Below, one piece after another: positions 39,522 through 53,061 of a stretch of 64,000 nucleotides of DNA; the first letter of the stretch is position 1; each line of letters begins with the position of its first letter. A model generated the notes under the pieces. The model was not told the origin of the DNA. It saw only the letters and a program-made list of their open reading frames with translations, and ran no database searches. The stretch is from Ionaspis alba. Lineage: Eukaryota. The translations under genes and the position numbers were made by a program. The DNA lies in assembly GCA_964255285.1 (NCBI GenBank), contig CAXUUL010000017.1, positions 1-64,000 on the forward strand. The letters are read 5' to 3'.

Positions 39522-41427
39522 CTATTCCGTCACACGTCTAACCCACAACCCCGTCGGTTCAAACATCGACTTCTCATCCCTCCTCTTCATCGCCCTATGC
39601 AACTTCATCCCCGTCTCATAAATCTCTTTCGCAACTGACGCACTCTCGACATTCAACCCTTCAACCGTACGCTTGATCTCCTGCCTCGAGGCCATATCGT
39701 AAGCAATCGAGCTCGGCTGCACCACATGCGTGAGTTCATGGATCACTGTCTGTAGATTCCCGCGTCGTCGATTTAAGCTATTGAGAGTGGCCTCGAGCTG
39801 GGCGACTCGGTCGACGGGCTCGGCGTCCGGTGGGGATTGCGGGAGTTGTTTGGAGCCATCGAGGGAATTAGTGAGCTCGGAGGGGGTCGGCTTGCGAGTG
39901 GGTGTTTTGGTGCCGGAGTTGTTGGAGGTGGGAATAGGGCGTTTACGGTTGAGGACTGAAAGGGGAGGAGTCGGAAGTGGCGGTGGGTTGTCGAGGCTGA
40001 GAGGGGAATCGGGAGGGCTATCGGGTACGGTCGTGTTGTAGGTTGTGGCGCTGAATCTGCTGGCGGGTTCGTTGCGGATTTGTAGGCTTTTGGTTGCGTC
40101 GTGGAGCTGGGTTTCGAGTTTTTCCGAGGTGGGAATCTCGGGTGAGGCCTCAAGTGGGGAAGAAAAGGTTTGCTTGTCGGAGCTGTCACGCATGTGTTCG
40201 TCGCTGGGGTTGCGTGCTAGAGGGGATGTCATGTCCATGGTGAGATTCGGTCGTTGAGGCGGAGGGGCTCGTGCGATTGGAGAGTGAGGACTATTTCTCC
40301 CGACTTTTAGCGGGACAACTGGACGAATTGTTGCGTCGACAAGTGGGAGGGCTGGAACCGTAGAAGTATCGTTGCTAGCTCTGGCGCTAACCTTGACCAC
40401 GGGAGCAGGAGATGTTCCACCACTTCTGGATTCGGAAACCAGACTCGCAGCGCCCTTTCCTTGTGGGAATGTCGCAGTCTTCCCAGGAGGAAGCGGCTTG
40501 TCTTTCAGCGGCTTTACGATCGTCGTTCGTCCACTAGCACCTTTCCACTCTTCCCGAGTTTCGGTGGATGAACCAGCAGTCTTAACAGCAGACCCTTTCC
40601 TACCGACTGTCCTTATTTTGTGTCCGAACAACGGCTTTGGCTGCAAACCCTCTCCTCCACTAACTTCAACGGAATTTCCCATCTTATTATTACTTCTCAG
40701 CAGCTGCTGTTGGTCAAATTGAGTTGTACCCGGAATTGCTTGTGCAGGTTTGCCAGTGTCACTGGGCTCACCAGAGAAATCGTCCCAGCGAGTCGATCTG
40801 GCCTCTCGAGCAGGAGAATCGTCTCTGCCTATTTTCTCTCGCCACCCCGAGATAAAGGCCGCCGCACCAGCAGGGTTCTGCTGGGCTCGAGGCAGAGGTA
40901 TATTGCTAACGTAAGGTCTAGAGTTTGAGTACATATTCCGTGAAGAGCGATCGCTTTCTGTGATTGGGGAGATGTTGGGGCTGGACTTTCTAGAGCGTGC
41001 ACCCTCCCCAGTCCTTGGCGAGTCTGGAGGTGAAACATCGTCAGGATATATAGAAGATGCTCTAGGGATTTCTAGTCGTGGATGTTTCTGGCGGACATCA
41101 GCGGCAGGTTGGGAGTAGGCTGAGGACGCTGTGGAGTACGGTCGATAATTCGAGGGTTGAGCGGCTTGCACAGATTTGCTGCAGGCTATCAGCTTTCGTG
41201 TCAAGAAGAGAAGTCTGGAAAAGGAGCTTTTCGCACGTTGGCAGGCTTGGAAGCTCCTTCACCACATCTTCTCCTCGATTTCTGACCGTCCTAGAACCCG
41301 AAGTAGGACTAATTGTCCCATTGTGTATGTTGTTCAAGCCACTGGCACTTCGTTCATCCAGGGTTGTCTCTACTAGGGTTGGATTGCCAATGGCCTTCTC
41401 GGTAGGCCGATTGAAGCGTTTCCACAT
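39522..41427 (-). CDS. Hypothetical Pro/Ser-rich protein with C-terminal coiled coil, 2 exons
   Basis: Intron 41179-41236 joins MWKRFNRPTEK... to the long ORF. Motifs TRWDDFSGEP and GMKLHRAMKRRD...TGLWVRRVTE look conserved in filamentous fungi. Confidence 0.75.
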
Positions 41428-42578
41428 AATTCAAGAAAAGTCGACTCTGGTGTTTCGAGAGTTTGACGATATGATTCTTTGGCAGAGCGTAGTACAAATC
41501 AATACTCCTCACCGCCGAGTACCCAGGAGATCTGACATCAGCAAAGGACGTGAAAGGCCGTGGTGCGAGAGTTCACGGAACTGCTGCGCGACGTTGTCCG
41601 GTGCGGTCTATGATGCTTCACGGACAGATGAAGTTCGGCGAGTACTAGCGCGTGGTGGGGAAAACAATAGTAAACATTAGGAAAGTAATTACACCGAAGG
41701 AGAAGAGAAGGAACAACAACAATAGGGACAAAGGAGAGAGCGGTCTGAGTCTTGAATCTGCGCAGATTACAGTCAGTGTCTGGAGCGTGGTGTGACCCTG
41801 TCCGTCGGCGGCTTAGCCTCGAACACCCCACCAGTCATCCAATAGCGACCGGCGGCCTGAATTAAGCATTTCTTCAAACAAACACAACACGTCCCGTCGA
41901 GAGTCATACGTGTCGGGTTACAGCGTGCGCCTCCAGTACCTGCAGCTGTGCGGAAGGCTGAGGACTGGGAGGTCGTACCTAGAGTCTCAGCTGTTTTCTA
42001 CATGGCGAATTCGTGACTCCTTAGCATGAAATTGGCCTACTGATATTACATTATTGGAGCTCGTATCGGGGAGAGTTCATTGCCATATTGGAACAGGTCA
42101 TGGATCACTATCCTGCAGCGAACAGGAGATACTCTGTGCCTCTCTGTTTTCGTATCAATGACTGCATGCACCCCAAGGCACAAGGATCAAACCATTGCTG
42201 AAACTTGATTCTATTATCTCTAGGATACATACATAGATGCGGTTGAAGACCCGCAGACAGGCATTATGTCGTAAGAAGACATGGCAGTCAGCTGAATTAC
42301 CAAGCCCTTGCCCTCCCGACTAAGTAGTCTATGGGTATGAACGCCAATGCGCAGCCTTGTCTCCTGCCATTTGTGCAATCTGGTGGAGGAACACATGCCA
42401 ATAACCCTCATGAGACCTTAGTACCGATACGCCCCAAACCATTTTTTTGTGGTTAGTATGAAGAGACCGAGCATGCAACGCATCCGCAAAGCATTCGAAA
42501 GGAAGTTCAGGCATTCTCCCGCGAGCATGAATTCTAGAGCAACCAGAAATTTTGGTACATTTGTGAGCAAAGACTCAA

Positions 42579-43730
42579 TTAGACCTTAGGCAAGAGACTG
42601 ATGTCTGCTTTCTCGGCCTTGAGCCATTCGGGGTCAATAAGCTTGTCTTTTTCAGCCTCAAGCAGTTTGTACGACGTGCGAATAGTGCCATCGCTGACAC
42701 CGGCCACAGCAGAGATCTCTTTGGCTGTCTTGGGAAAGCCCATCAGATGCGAAGCAAAGTAGATGCACGCGGCAGCTGCAGAAAGTGGAGAACGTCCAGC
42801 AAGTGAACCGACAGTGGACATCTTGTCGGCCAGCTGTTGAGACACCATAGTAGTCTTGCTGTTGAGACCAAGCTGACTGCAGTAACGAATACAGAGCTCT
42901 TGAGCCTTCGTCGATGTAGTAGTAGCGTAGTCTTGCTTCGGTTGAGCAAACCCTTCAGTTGCATGTCAGCATTGCGTTGATCAGATGTGAACACAATATC
43001 ACATACCATTACCAACCTGCAAGGCATCCTTCTTCAAGTTCTCCGTAGCGAAGAACTTTTCAAGACTCTTGAAAATTCGACCAATCTCTTTTTTGCTGAC
43101 TTTCGTCAATGCGAAGATCTCTCTGAAGGTTCGGGGGACATTGCACTGTCTGCAAGCAATGAAGATGCAGCCAGCGATGATAGCATCCTGTGATTTGCCT
43201 CGGAACGCTCCAGCGTCGGCGACCATCTTGAAGAGCTGTTTCGCTGTATCTGATACAATCTTGGTGATGGAGAATGCATCACACAAAGCTCCAATCTCCT
43301 TGTATGCTGCCAACAAACTCTTCGTAGCCTTGTCATGCGTGGCCTTGTTCTGAGCACGATGCAGGTCACGGGCTCTTCCACCACCATCACCAAATGAGAT
43401 AGTGGTCTGCAGTTGAGAACCGTTAAGCAGAGGATTGGCGGCATCACCAACACGTGAAGGATCGTCGTTGTTCTGGTCATCATTCGAGAACGTCCTCCAT
43501 TCAGAACGAGTATCGACGATCCGATCACCAAGAACGAGTCCACAGTCACCACAGACCATATCTCCAGATGAGAATTCCTCTACTAGATTTGGCGGGCTGA
43601 TGTTGCACTCTCGACAAACCATCGTCATGTTGAGGTTTTCCCGCCATGGTTCCTCTTTGGGCTTGACCATGTCAGCTGCTACGTTGATCACTCTGGCTGA
43701 CATCAATACCTTTTCAGGCACTCCGGCCAT
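42579..43730 (-). CDS. SUA7: Transcription initiation factor TFIIB, 2 exons
   Basis: Zn ribbon CREC...GDMVCGDCGLVLGDRIVDTRSEWRTFSND, cyclin folds ACRQCNVPRTFREI and LAGRSPLSAAAACIY. Intron 42953-43006. Confidence 0.96.
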
Positions 43731-45127
43731 CTTGCGCGAGAACTGGGCCGCAAATCGCTCTTTGCTTCTCCTCTTGAGACCTCGGGCGGTCACCGTGAGG
43801 TTGTGTTGCCGGGAGAGATAGCGGATGAACAAAGGTGAATACAGTTTGGCGACTGAACCTTTCGACTTCGAAGACGGACAAAGAGAAGCTTTCGATCGTT
43901 CGAACGAGCTCGAAAGATTCACTATCGAAGGTTTTCAGCGTCAGCTAGGTCTGGAGTGTACCAAACAGTCCCAGCCACAAAATGAAGATCCAGAACATGA
44001 GAATTGTGGAGTTGATGTGTTTATGCTATGCTATCTACGGTGCGCAGTGATTCTAGATTTCGCTGCACGAGAACAGATTGTGTTAAGAACGTGCTCAAAG
44101 TGTTGACTATACCTATCAAGAAAACTGATCCAGAATGGTTCGAGAGGTCTTCTTGATGGTGCAGATATTTGAATCTCTGATCACGATGATCGAGAAGTAT
44201 GATTTGGACGTGAGTTGCTGTGTTCCGACCGGTCCAGTAAAGGAGTCTGTGGTTCTCTGAGGCAACCTCAGATCATCACAGATAGTCGGCGAAACAAGTT
44301 GTCGGTCGTAAAAAAGTTGTCCGGCAACTTTTCAGAGGCTGATACGACGTCTCAACGTGTTTCCAGCAGAGGGTGTTGTTGTGTCGTGAAGTGAAGGATG
44401 AAGAGAGTGAGGTTGGAGTAAGGAGTCCAAGGCCTGGAATATGAAGAGGCTGAGGCACTAGTGAAGTCTTGGCGCGATTGCATAACGCACATTCCTCGGC
44501 CCTGCAGAGTCCACGATTTCACATGGAGCAATGACTAATGTCTTTCTTCTATGGAAGATTCGAGTCTGCACGTTTACCGTTGTTCCAAAAGCTATACGTT
44601 CTTTCCAGTTCACTCCGCTAACACCCCATTCTGAACCACTACTGACTCATCGAGCAGATGGGAAATAGTCGATGGCTCCTCCAGAAAGGTCCAGTTTTCG
44701 ATAATCCATCGATTGCTTCGACAGTAATATCAGTCTTGCCATCGACGTAGAACCTTTGCTCCTGCGCGGGTACTCACCCACCTACTTGTTTCCTGCTTCT
44801 TGCCCCTGTGTGAACATGTGTATCGTATGATTATCTTGAAAGCGCAGTCGGTGGTGTATGACTTCTACCACCATCAACCTATGTAAATTTTCATATTCAT
44901 CATTGCCATGTCGTCGCTCAAGGTTGTCGTTAGTGTCAAGCATGCTCACTTCTCCACAGATGTCTCAATCGTTTTCGCTGTCTCCTTGGCTAGACAGATC
45001 TGTCTCGTTATGAGAATGAAATACTCCGTATTCCTCGCGTCCTGTCAGACAGTAAAGTTGAGGCTTCTTTGCTTCGTCGCTGTTGAAGGATCCTTGATGC
45101 AACATCTACTGAAGTTGACCGGGCAGC

Positions 45128-45337
45128 CTCATGTTCTTCAGTTTGACTAGTCTGTCAACTTCGACATGATTATTCCTGTGAANNNNNNNNNNNNNNNNNN
45201 NNNNNNNNNNNNNNNNNNNNNNNNNNNNNNNNNNNNNNNNNNNNNNNNNNNNNNNNNNNNNNNNNNNNNNNNNNNNNNNNNNCTCATGTTCTTCAGTTTG
45301 ACTAGTCTGTCAACTTCGACATGATTATTCCTGTGAA
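45128..45337. other. Scaffold gap (100 N, 45183-45282) flanked by an exact 55-bp duplication
   Basis: 45128-45182 equals 45283-45337. Confidence 0.95.
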
Positions 45338-45959
45338 TTTCTGGGCCTTTCTAGCGAATCCTGAGAGGTAATCCTCTGACGCGAGCGGCGAAGACACCTT
45401 GTCCGAATAGTTCAGCATAGCCAGCTCGACGATTGTCGTCGACCTGAAAGACTTCAAGCTTCCGCGTCAGACCTGAACTCTTCACAAGCGAAACATCCAC
45501 ATGATATTTTAATCCAAACGAGGGAGATAGTGGGGTCAAGAGGCACGCTGCCCTCTTCCGCGGACTTTCGGGACACATCTTCGGTTTCCTTAACGTCCTG
45601 GCATGCTTAGATGATATCCAAGGAAAATGGACATGTATCACTCGGGAAAAGGCATCATCTGAGTCTGCACCCACGGAACATAAGCACAGGCTTACTGCTG
45701 TGCCATATCAGACACCATTGGCTGTACTCAAATTGCTTATACAGATACAGGGTAGGACAAAATTTAGGGCTCATATTGGAACAGTATGTACTGGATGTTA
45801 GTGCTGTAAGTAACAGTATCTTCGTGCTCTTATGCCACTGAAATGTTCTATGGAACTATTGCTATTGCCCAAACACCCTGTACAATGATATTCTCCAGTC
45901 CAAAAAGACAACCTTCCCAATATGCAACACGAGAACAAGTAAAGACGAGAACTGGCTTC

Positions 45960-48624
45960 TCAATCGAGGAGATTATTGCTCGCCTTCAACAATATACTGG
46001 ATATTTTCTTCACCTGCTCCTGCGCCAGCTTCCAATCATCAGCATCCAGAGCATCTCGGATGCCTGGGAAATACGCTTCGTCGTAACCCGACCAAGCCTG
46101 CGGGGCAAATATTACATGCTTGAATTGCTCACGACCAGGAAGCTGGTACAAATTAGTCTCAATGCTCGGGCAACACAAATGAGAATAGAGTAGTACTCAC
46201 ACCGCCACCAATGTCAAGCAAATCGGTCTCAAAGTTCGCCATCTTGGTGTTGTGAGCCATACGCTCAAGTGCCATGACTCGGCTCTCGAAGCCTCCCATC
46301 CCATACACAATCGAGTCCCACTCGGAATCCCAATCGTGAAACGTGCGCGCGTTCCGGACGAAAGTGTCCGCGGCGTCATGAAGAGACTTCAGGTCAAGCC
46401 CAGATTCTCCGCCTTTACGGGACGCGGCTTTCTTCGCGACGTATTTCTCCAGATCGTCGACATAAACCTTGATGGCTGCAGCATAAGCTTCCAAGTCGAA
46501 TGGCAGTAGAGGCCGATCGGCCAATTCCAGAATAAGCAGAGCCATGACCTGACCCATGAGTTTATGATATTGGAAATTGGGGTCGCCAAATTTGCTCATC
46601 CAGTCGAAGTTGTCGTAGCAGCTATGATACGGGAACTGCTTGCCTTTGAAGAACATGTCGATCGACGACATCCCAACTATATCCTGAAAGGCAACGTAAT
46701 CACTTCCCGCGCCGAGGCCTTTGAGCTTTCGATTCTTCTCATTCCAGATGGCCCGTAACGTCTTGTTAGCGACAGGGTCAGCAGTACGGTCGAGGACGTG
46801 AAACAATGCTTTTTGGAGTATGGGAGAGGCCGCTGCGGTGAAGTCGTCGCCTTGAACGGCTACATCTACATTGACGTAAGCAAACCCATCACGCCGGAGA
46901 TCTTCCATGCGAGCTTCAACATGCTCGGTAGAACCGATGAGGTTGTACTCTTCTCCGTCCCAAGAAGCAAATTCGATGCTTCGAAGCGGCCTCCAGCCTC
47001 TGGCTGTGAGCTCGCCGAATACTCGAACAACCTCGAGTAGGACAGCTGTGCCACTACCAGGGTCAACGGCTCCAAAGCACCAGGCATCACGATGGTTCCC
47101 AACAACGATCGATTTCTCAGACTGCTCAGCACCAGTGATCTTGCCGACCACGTTGTAGATCGGCTGTCGCGCTTCTTCGTCTTGCTCGTTTTTCAGCTGA
47201 ACGACTGGTGATTTTTGATCGCCAGACCACCATTCAACATCTGGCACACCGCCAACCCAGTCCTTCACATCCTTCAGGTCTTCGCCATGGCCTTTGAGTG
47301 CTTGAAGCAGCCTCTGCACATCTCTCCAAGAAAGAGGTATGCTCGGAATGTTGTTCAGACCAGGATTGTTGTCTTTGGAGATCCGCTTTTGCTCAGCCGG
47401 TAAAGAAGCGAATCCAGGGGATAGGACGTCCCCAACGATCCAACTCATCAGACTAACAGCCCCACGCTGTACGCCGTCTGCGGGTCGGTACCGTCCATCA
47501 GGAAACGGCTTCCCCTTGACAAAGCCATCCTCGTTTGGATCGCTGTAAATAATGCACCCAGAAGCTCCAGCTAATTCAGCGGCCTTGACTTTGAGGGCAC
47601 GGTCGCCTTGGCTCCCGTAGTATCGTACCAAAGCGATCGCTCCCGTCAAGTCAATTCCTTTGTCTTGCAACATCTTGAAGTCTTCGCGAGATCCGTAATT
47701 GGCGTAGATTAGAGGGCCAGTGACAGTCCCAGATCTTGAATGACCATGAAACACCAGTGTCTGCTCACGAGATGGGCCTACATACGCACTCTCCTCCTCG
47801 ATTTTTGCTTCCCAAGCCATCTTAGGTGGATCGATGATTGCTACCCTTCGGCCTCCCTTTTTTGGATAATTGAGGTAAACATCGAATCTTTCCAATCCGA
47901 CATTCTCCAATCTAGCCCCTTTGAACGCCGATTCCACCCACTTAGCCAATACATAGCTCCCCTCCGTTCCCGCGATATGATCAAACATTGTTAAATGCTC
48001 CAGATTTTGCCGGATGAGCGTCTCGTCGATATGGTCCTGTGCAAACATCTTGACAGACTCTGGCTCGTATGTGTGACCACTCCCACCTCTGGATCGAAAC
48101 CTAAACACATCGGATAAAAATACAACATATGCTAGTGAGAGAACGAAGAGGAGTGCGAAAAAGCGTCCGGCCAGTATCCATCCTGGTTGCAGCAGATGAG
48201 GAAGGCTTGGAAGCTTTGACCGAATGTTGTCCAAGGAAGGCAACCACCGTCGAAACGGCAAATTCAGCGACGAGAGACCGCTTCTCAAGCTAATGATCCG
48301 TTTTGAGAACGTAGTTCCTCCTCTTTGATTCCCCTCCTCCCCAGGCTCAAGTATATCCATCTCCAATATCTCATGCCTGAGGCCGTCCACAGAGTCTCTG
48401 GCAGAGCCATCCGCAGAGTCTTGACTGGATCTGACCGATTCGACCGTTGGAGGAACATAGCTATTGTTACGGCCCAAAAGCGTTTGCCGTTCGGCATCGT
48501 GACTGACTTCTGTCGGGCCGAGAAACGACTGTGAGGAGGGAGGTCGAGAGGATGTGGCTTCGTCATAAGTTGGTATAGGGAGCGACTCGAGCCGTTCATA
48601 CTTATTGGGCTTCTCGTCCGCCAT
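45960..48624 (-). CDS. M28 glutamate carboxypeptidase II / transferrin-receptor-like protein (Tre1/Vps70 family), 2 exons
   Basis: N-terminal PTY motif, one TM helix, PA domain, GNHRDAW, GAVDPGSG, SWDGEEYNLIGSTEHVE, GAGSDY, YHSCYD. Intron 46143-46200. Confidence 0.93.
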
Positions 48625-49203
48625 TGCGGCGGCGAGGAATGGCTTCGAACACCAGGACGGGACAGATGGCCAGAGTACTATTGCATGGTGGCTAATTGAT
48701 AGTAGTGACTATAGAGGAGTCTCATCGGGAAAGCAACTCTCCTTAGGACCTGCTGCAGTCGGCCCTGATTGATCAAGCAGTTGCTGTCGAACAAATGGAT
48801 TAAGGCTGACGCACCCTAAAGCAGTCCTGAGTCTTAGAAATGCAATAGGCGAGCTCGGCGACAGATCGTGTTTGATGACTGCTTGGCAGTAGACTCGCAT
48901 ACGTAGTACGCGGACAGTTCCCCTAAAGCCAACAATAGCCTACCACCTAACCTGGCGAATAGGTGGCTCATATTAGGGGAATTAGCGGAATTTGTCCGGG
49001 TACTATGTACAACCCTCGACTTGGATTTGCAAGAACAACTTCACCTTCTGTACTGTTTGGATGTTGAGATTTGCGACGATTGTTGCATCTACTGAATCCA
49101 TGTGCTGCGCGTCAAATCTACACTTCATAGTCTTCATAAGCTCTAAGGAAGCACATTTTAGAGCTCGATTGTGATCTTTGATTCGAAAGCGTCTCTACAG
49201 CAT

Positions 49204-50199
49204 TTATGGACTCGAATCAATTCTTTTGACGAAGCGAACAACTCTTGATATGAAATCCTTCAACACATCCGCTGTCGCTCCATTCAAGTTATGATCCGCC
49301 CCATCGAGCACTCCACTGTCCTCGTCCACTACTCCTCCCCCTTCCTTGATGATAGTCGTCCATCGCTTCACCAATGACTCTTTGTCCACACTCTCCGGCA
49401 CATATTGATCCTTTTCCCCATAGAGAATCTGGATAGGTGTCTTCGTAGCCCCGATTTTCCCAAACGTACTTCTCAGCCTCTCATCACTGAAGTCGGAACT
49501 GAAGTAGTCGTCCTCGCCGGTGTGGTTCGGCGACGGGCTTGCCAGACTGAGCCAGCGGATAGCAGAGATAGGGGCAGGTAAGATGTCAGAGGTGACCGTC
49601 ATGGGTAGTACGTCGGCCCCTCGTCCCTCGCAAATGTAGGTCTCAGCAAGCTTCACGCTTGCATCATAAGCTTCAGAGGAAAGAAACATGGCTATTGCCT
49701 CCCTATCACTGACACATGCTTGCATTATTGCCCCGGAAAGCCCTGGGCGAGAGGAGTCGTCTGTCTTCTCCGGTGACAAGAGGTAGTGTATAGTATCCTG
49801 GCAACCAGTCGAGTGACCCATCAAGATGACTTTGCCCTGAGGTCGAATTCTGTGAATGTAATTTATACATTGAGCGATCTCATCAACATCTTTGTCGAGG
49901 CTCGAAGTGCCCCAGCCGATGTACGACGAGGAGAGAATTGGTTGGATGAGACGCCATCGGGGTGGTAGTGCAGCTGCAAGTGGAATTGCGTAAGGGACTG
50001 TGAGTAATCCATCGAAGAGGCCTCCGACAAACACAGCGGTATGGAGAGCGGAGGTACTTGGGGCAGGTAGAGCGAACTCGAAAGCTACCAGTTTCGAGGT
50101 CTACGCAAGAATCAGCAGGTCTCTGCTGCTATCAAATGGAAGTGACAAGCTCACGTAATGATGCAGCGATCCAGGGTACGAAGCCGGCTTATATGCCAT
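49204..50199 (-). CDS. DUF1749 (UPF0613) alpha/beta hydrolase, 2 exons
   Basis: MAYKPASYPGSLHHY|TSKLVAFEF (intron 50101-50154), FVGGLFDG, GHSTGCQD nucleophile elbow, DDYFSSD, GADH. Confidence 0.88.
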
Positions 50200-50750
50200 G
50201 ATTCACTACCAAGTATCAAGGGTCTTCGGCGGAGGGCATGCCCAAGCAAGAATCTCGCTCTTCCGCTTAGAGGCATAGTCAACACACATGCTAAAGGAAC
50301 CCCAGATGGATTACAGACTCGTAAGGCATTTTCGACTAATTATGAGAGTGAGCCACCAATAGTGCGCGAAAGCACTTCCCGAAGGATGCCCTTGCAAATC
50401 TACGCCGCAACCGATGCGGCTCAGACTGTCTCAGCAAATCTATCCGCTTTCCATTGGCTACTTCTCCAGGATCCTCCCAAGGCGTATCAGGCTGAGTAGG
50501 AGGCATGGTAGGCGAACAGCAAATCCTCCTGTCCCTCCTTGTCATGTCTCTGCCAGATTCCGGTCTCTGATCCTGGAGCTACTGCTCCTTCACTGTGTTG
50601 AATTCTGTTCATATCTTGCTCATCTCTCTCTCTTTTCTACTTGTTCGCAACTTCGCTATAATTTGCACTATCAGCCCACTATCCACGAATCCCCCTTTCC
50701 AAACCACCCATTCACGAGTTTGTTTTTCTTTCCCTTCAATTTGAAAAGAC

Positions 50751-51556
50751 ATGGACGACTCTTCCTCCCCACCTGAATATAGGATACTACATCCCGAGTC
50801 GAGCGAGACCCTACGAGCAGATCCTCTCCTTACCTCAGCTTTGCGCAGGACCGATGGCAAGGACAGAAAGAACAGAACCTGCGTGTTTAGCCTGAGCACC
50901 ATTCCGCGTCTCCTCACCTTTACCTTCGCCCTCGTCGCCATAACCTGCCTTCTCGCGGAACCGCCGCGCTGTGCCAGTTGGCGCTACTCTCGCTGTGACA
51001 CAAACATCATTGCCTTCCCACTGGTCCTCCTTTTCCTATCCCTAGTTGGCCACTTCCTTGCCGCTATCTATTTTGTCTTTACGTCGCTTCTTTATTTCGA
51101 ATGGAAAGGAGAAGGTTGGACACGACCGGGAGCACAGAGAGCTGCTCAATTTGAGTCGAACGAATCTCGTACAAATAACGAGAATTACACGCAAGGATTG
51201 CTTCTCGTCTGGGACGTGGTACTTGCCTTCTTGATGACAACAGGCATAAGCATCTTTATCAATAACAACGACACCTGGTGGTCAAGCACCACTGCCGGTA
51301 TTGTGTTTACTTATTTTACCGCGTAACGTAACCTGATCCTATGTATGGATGTTCTTTCGCTGACAATAATGGCGGCTACAGTGTGGTGCAAATCGTCTCA
51401 ACTGTCGTATCGTTCAGTCATCGACGCTTCAAGATCACTGCGTCGTGCGTCGCTAATGACATTGAACTCGATGACGAGCCGGCAGACCAAGATCTTTATC
51501 GAGACCTGCCAACTTCTAAGGATGCTGTGAATGTGGATTTGAATTTGGTAGTGTAG
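50751..51556 (+). CDS. Hypothetical membrane protein with about four TM helices, 2 exons
   Basis: 191-codon ORF with hydrophobic helices joined by intron 51323-51381 to the 51382-51556 exon. Confidence 0.65.
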
Positions 51557-52377
51557 ATAGAGATATGATTGAAACATGTATCCGGTTGTTTGGGGAGTCA
51601 ATGGTCAAATCTTTCTTATCTCATGGCGGCCAACTCATCAAGATGGTCTTGTCCTGTTTCTATCGACCCAACCACGGTAAGAGCATGTGGATAATTAAGG
51701 CTCATTGATAAAATCACACTATAGATTGCAAAAGTCTGCTATTCAGCGTTGATCAACGTTTGCTCGAGAGATTGAGTTCACGGGCGAAATATTAGAGGAT
51801 TTGCGATTGTACGTTAAAATGATTGGCACGCTCATATTGGCGGTTTGGAGATACAACCGTCTGTTTTAAATACCTTCAGTCCACAAATCAACTGCAATGG
51901 CTGTAGCGTGTTGACCACCCGATCTGTACCTATGAGACCCTCCAGTATAAGGTAAATCGGCACTTATCATGTCATGACACATGTGACCATTGACGGTTCA
52001 ATGTTGCTCCTGAGCTATCAAACCATCTTTGACCTGGAAAAACACAACACGCCATTCCTAACTTCAAGATCCGTGAGCCCATGTCTAGAGATGGAATCCA
52101 TTTAGGACCATGTTTTTTATCCGCATCCCCTAAGGTTCACCCGATCTCGAAGCGGTCACAGATATGGAATCTTTAGATAGTTGAGTTCGGCCTGCGCTTG
52201 TAGCATAGAATACGCGCGCGCTTCTGTTGAAGAGGTCCATCATGAATCTAATAGCCCCGCGTAAAGGCCGGTTGCAAACTCGTTTTACGCGCTGACCATT
52301 CAAATCTTGATTTCAATGCAACAATCGTAAAATCCCACGTGTCACTTCTCGCGCTCCATGCCAACCTGGCCGCCAAA

Positions 52378-53061
52378 ATGGCCCAGAAACCCCCATCCTC
52401 TCCATCCAATCCCGACGACCTCTTTGCCTCGCCCGACACCAATCCACAGGCCTCCAGAACCTCGACATCCAAACCTCCAGTGACTCCAGCGCCAGCGAAT
52501 AACTTTCCAAATCCATCCTCTCCTGCGTCCCGCGAATCTGCTCTTCGTGCCGAACTCAGTCACCTCCGCAATATCAATTCCACACTCTCCACTGTTATCT
52601 CTTCCCTCGCTGGCGCTCAATCGCACATGCAAACAATCAACAACACCGTGAACACCTCCACTACATTGTTAGAAACATGGACGCGAATACTGTCACAGAC
52701 AGAGCACAATCAGCGACTAATACTGAATCCGAATTGGCAAGGGGCAGGGCAGGATGTTCGAGATGCGGAGCTGGAGGTTGAGAGGAGAGAGGATGAGGAA
52801 AAGAAGAAAGAGGATCAAAGGAGGAAAGAAGATAGGCGGAGGGCCGAGGAAGCCGAGCGAAAAACCGAGGGGCAGGCTGCTGGGGCTTCGACTGTGGGCC
52901 GAGGCACAGGGACCGGAAGACGAAGGACAGGACGAGGCGTCGGTGTTGGCGGCACTGGGAGAGGGATATCGAGAGGCGGTGGGACTGCACCAGGGAGAGG
53001 TGGAACTGGGATCGGGCGGGGTACGGGAGTCGGGAGAGGAAGAGGACGAGGCGTTTCATGA
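52378..53061 (+). CDS. DUO1: DASH/Dam1 complex subunit Duo1
   Basis: ALRAELSHLRNIN...LLETWTRILSQTEHNQRLILNPNWQGA, followed by a Gly/Arg-rich tail. Confidence 0.92.
   Translation: MAQKPPSSPSNPDDLFASPDTNPQASRTSTSKPPVTPAPANNFPNPSSPASRESALRAELSHLRNINSTLSTVISSLAGAQSHMQTINNTVNTSTTLLETWTRILSQTEHNQRLILNPNWQGAGQDVRDAELEVERREDEEKKKEDQRRKEDRRRAEEAERKTEGQAAGASTVGRGTGTGRRRTGRGVGVGGTGRGISRGGGTAPGRGGTGIGRGTGVGRGRGRGVS

Noticed and set aside
52210..52295. MCB cell-cycle boxes upstream of DUO1
   Set aside because: Only imperfect ACGCGC matches, not ACGCGT.
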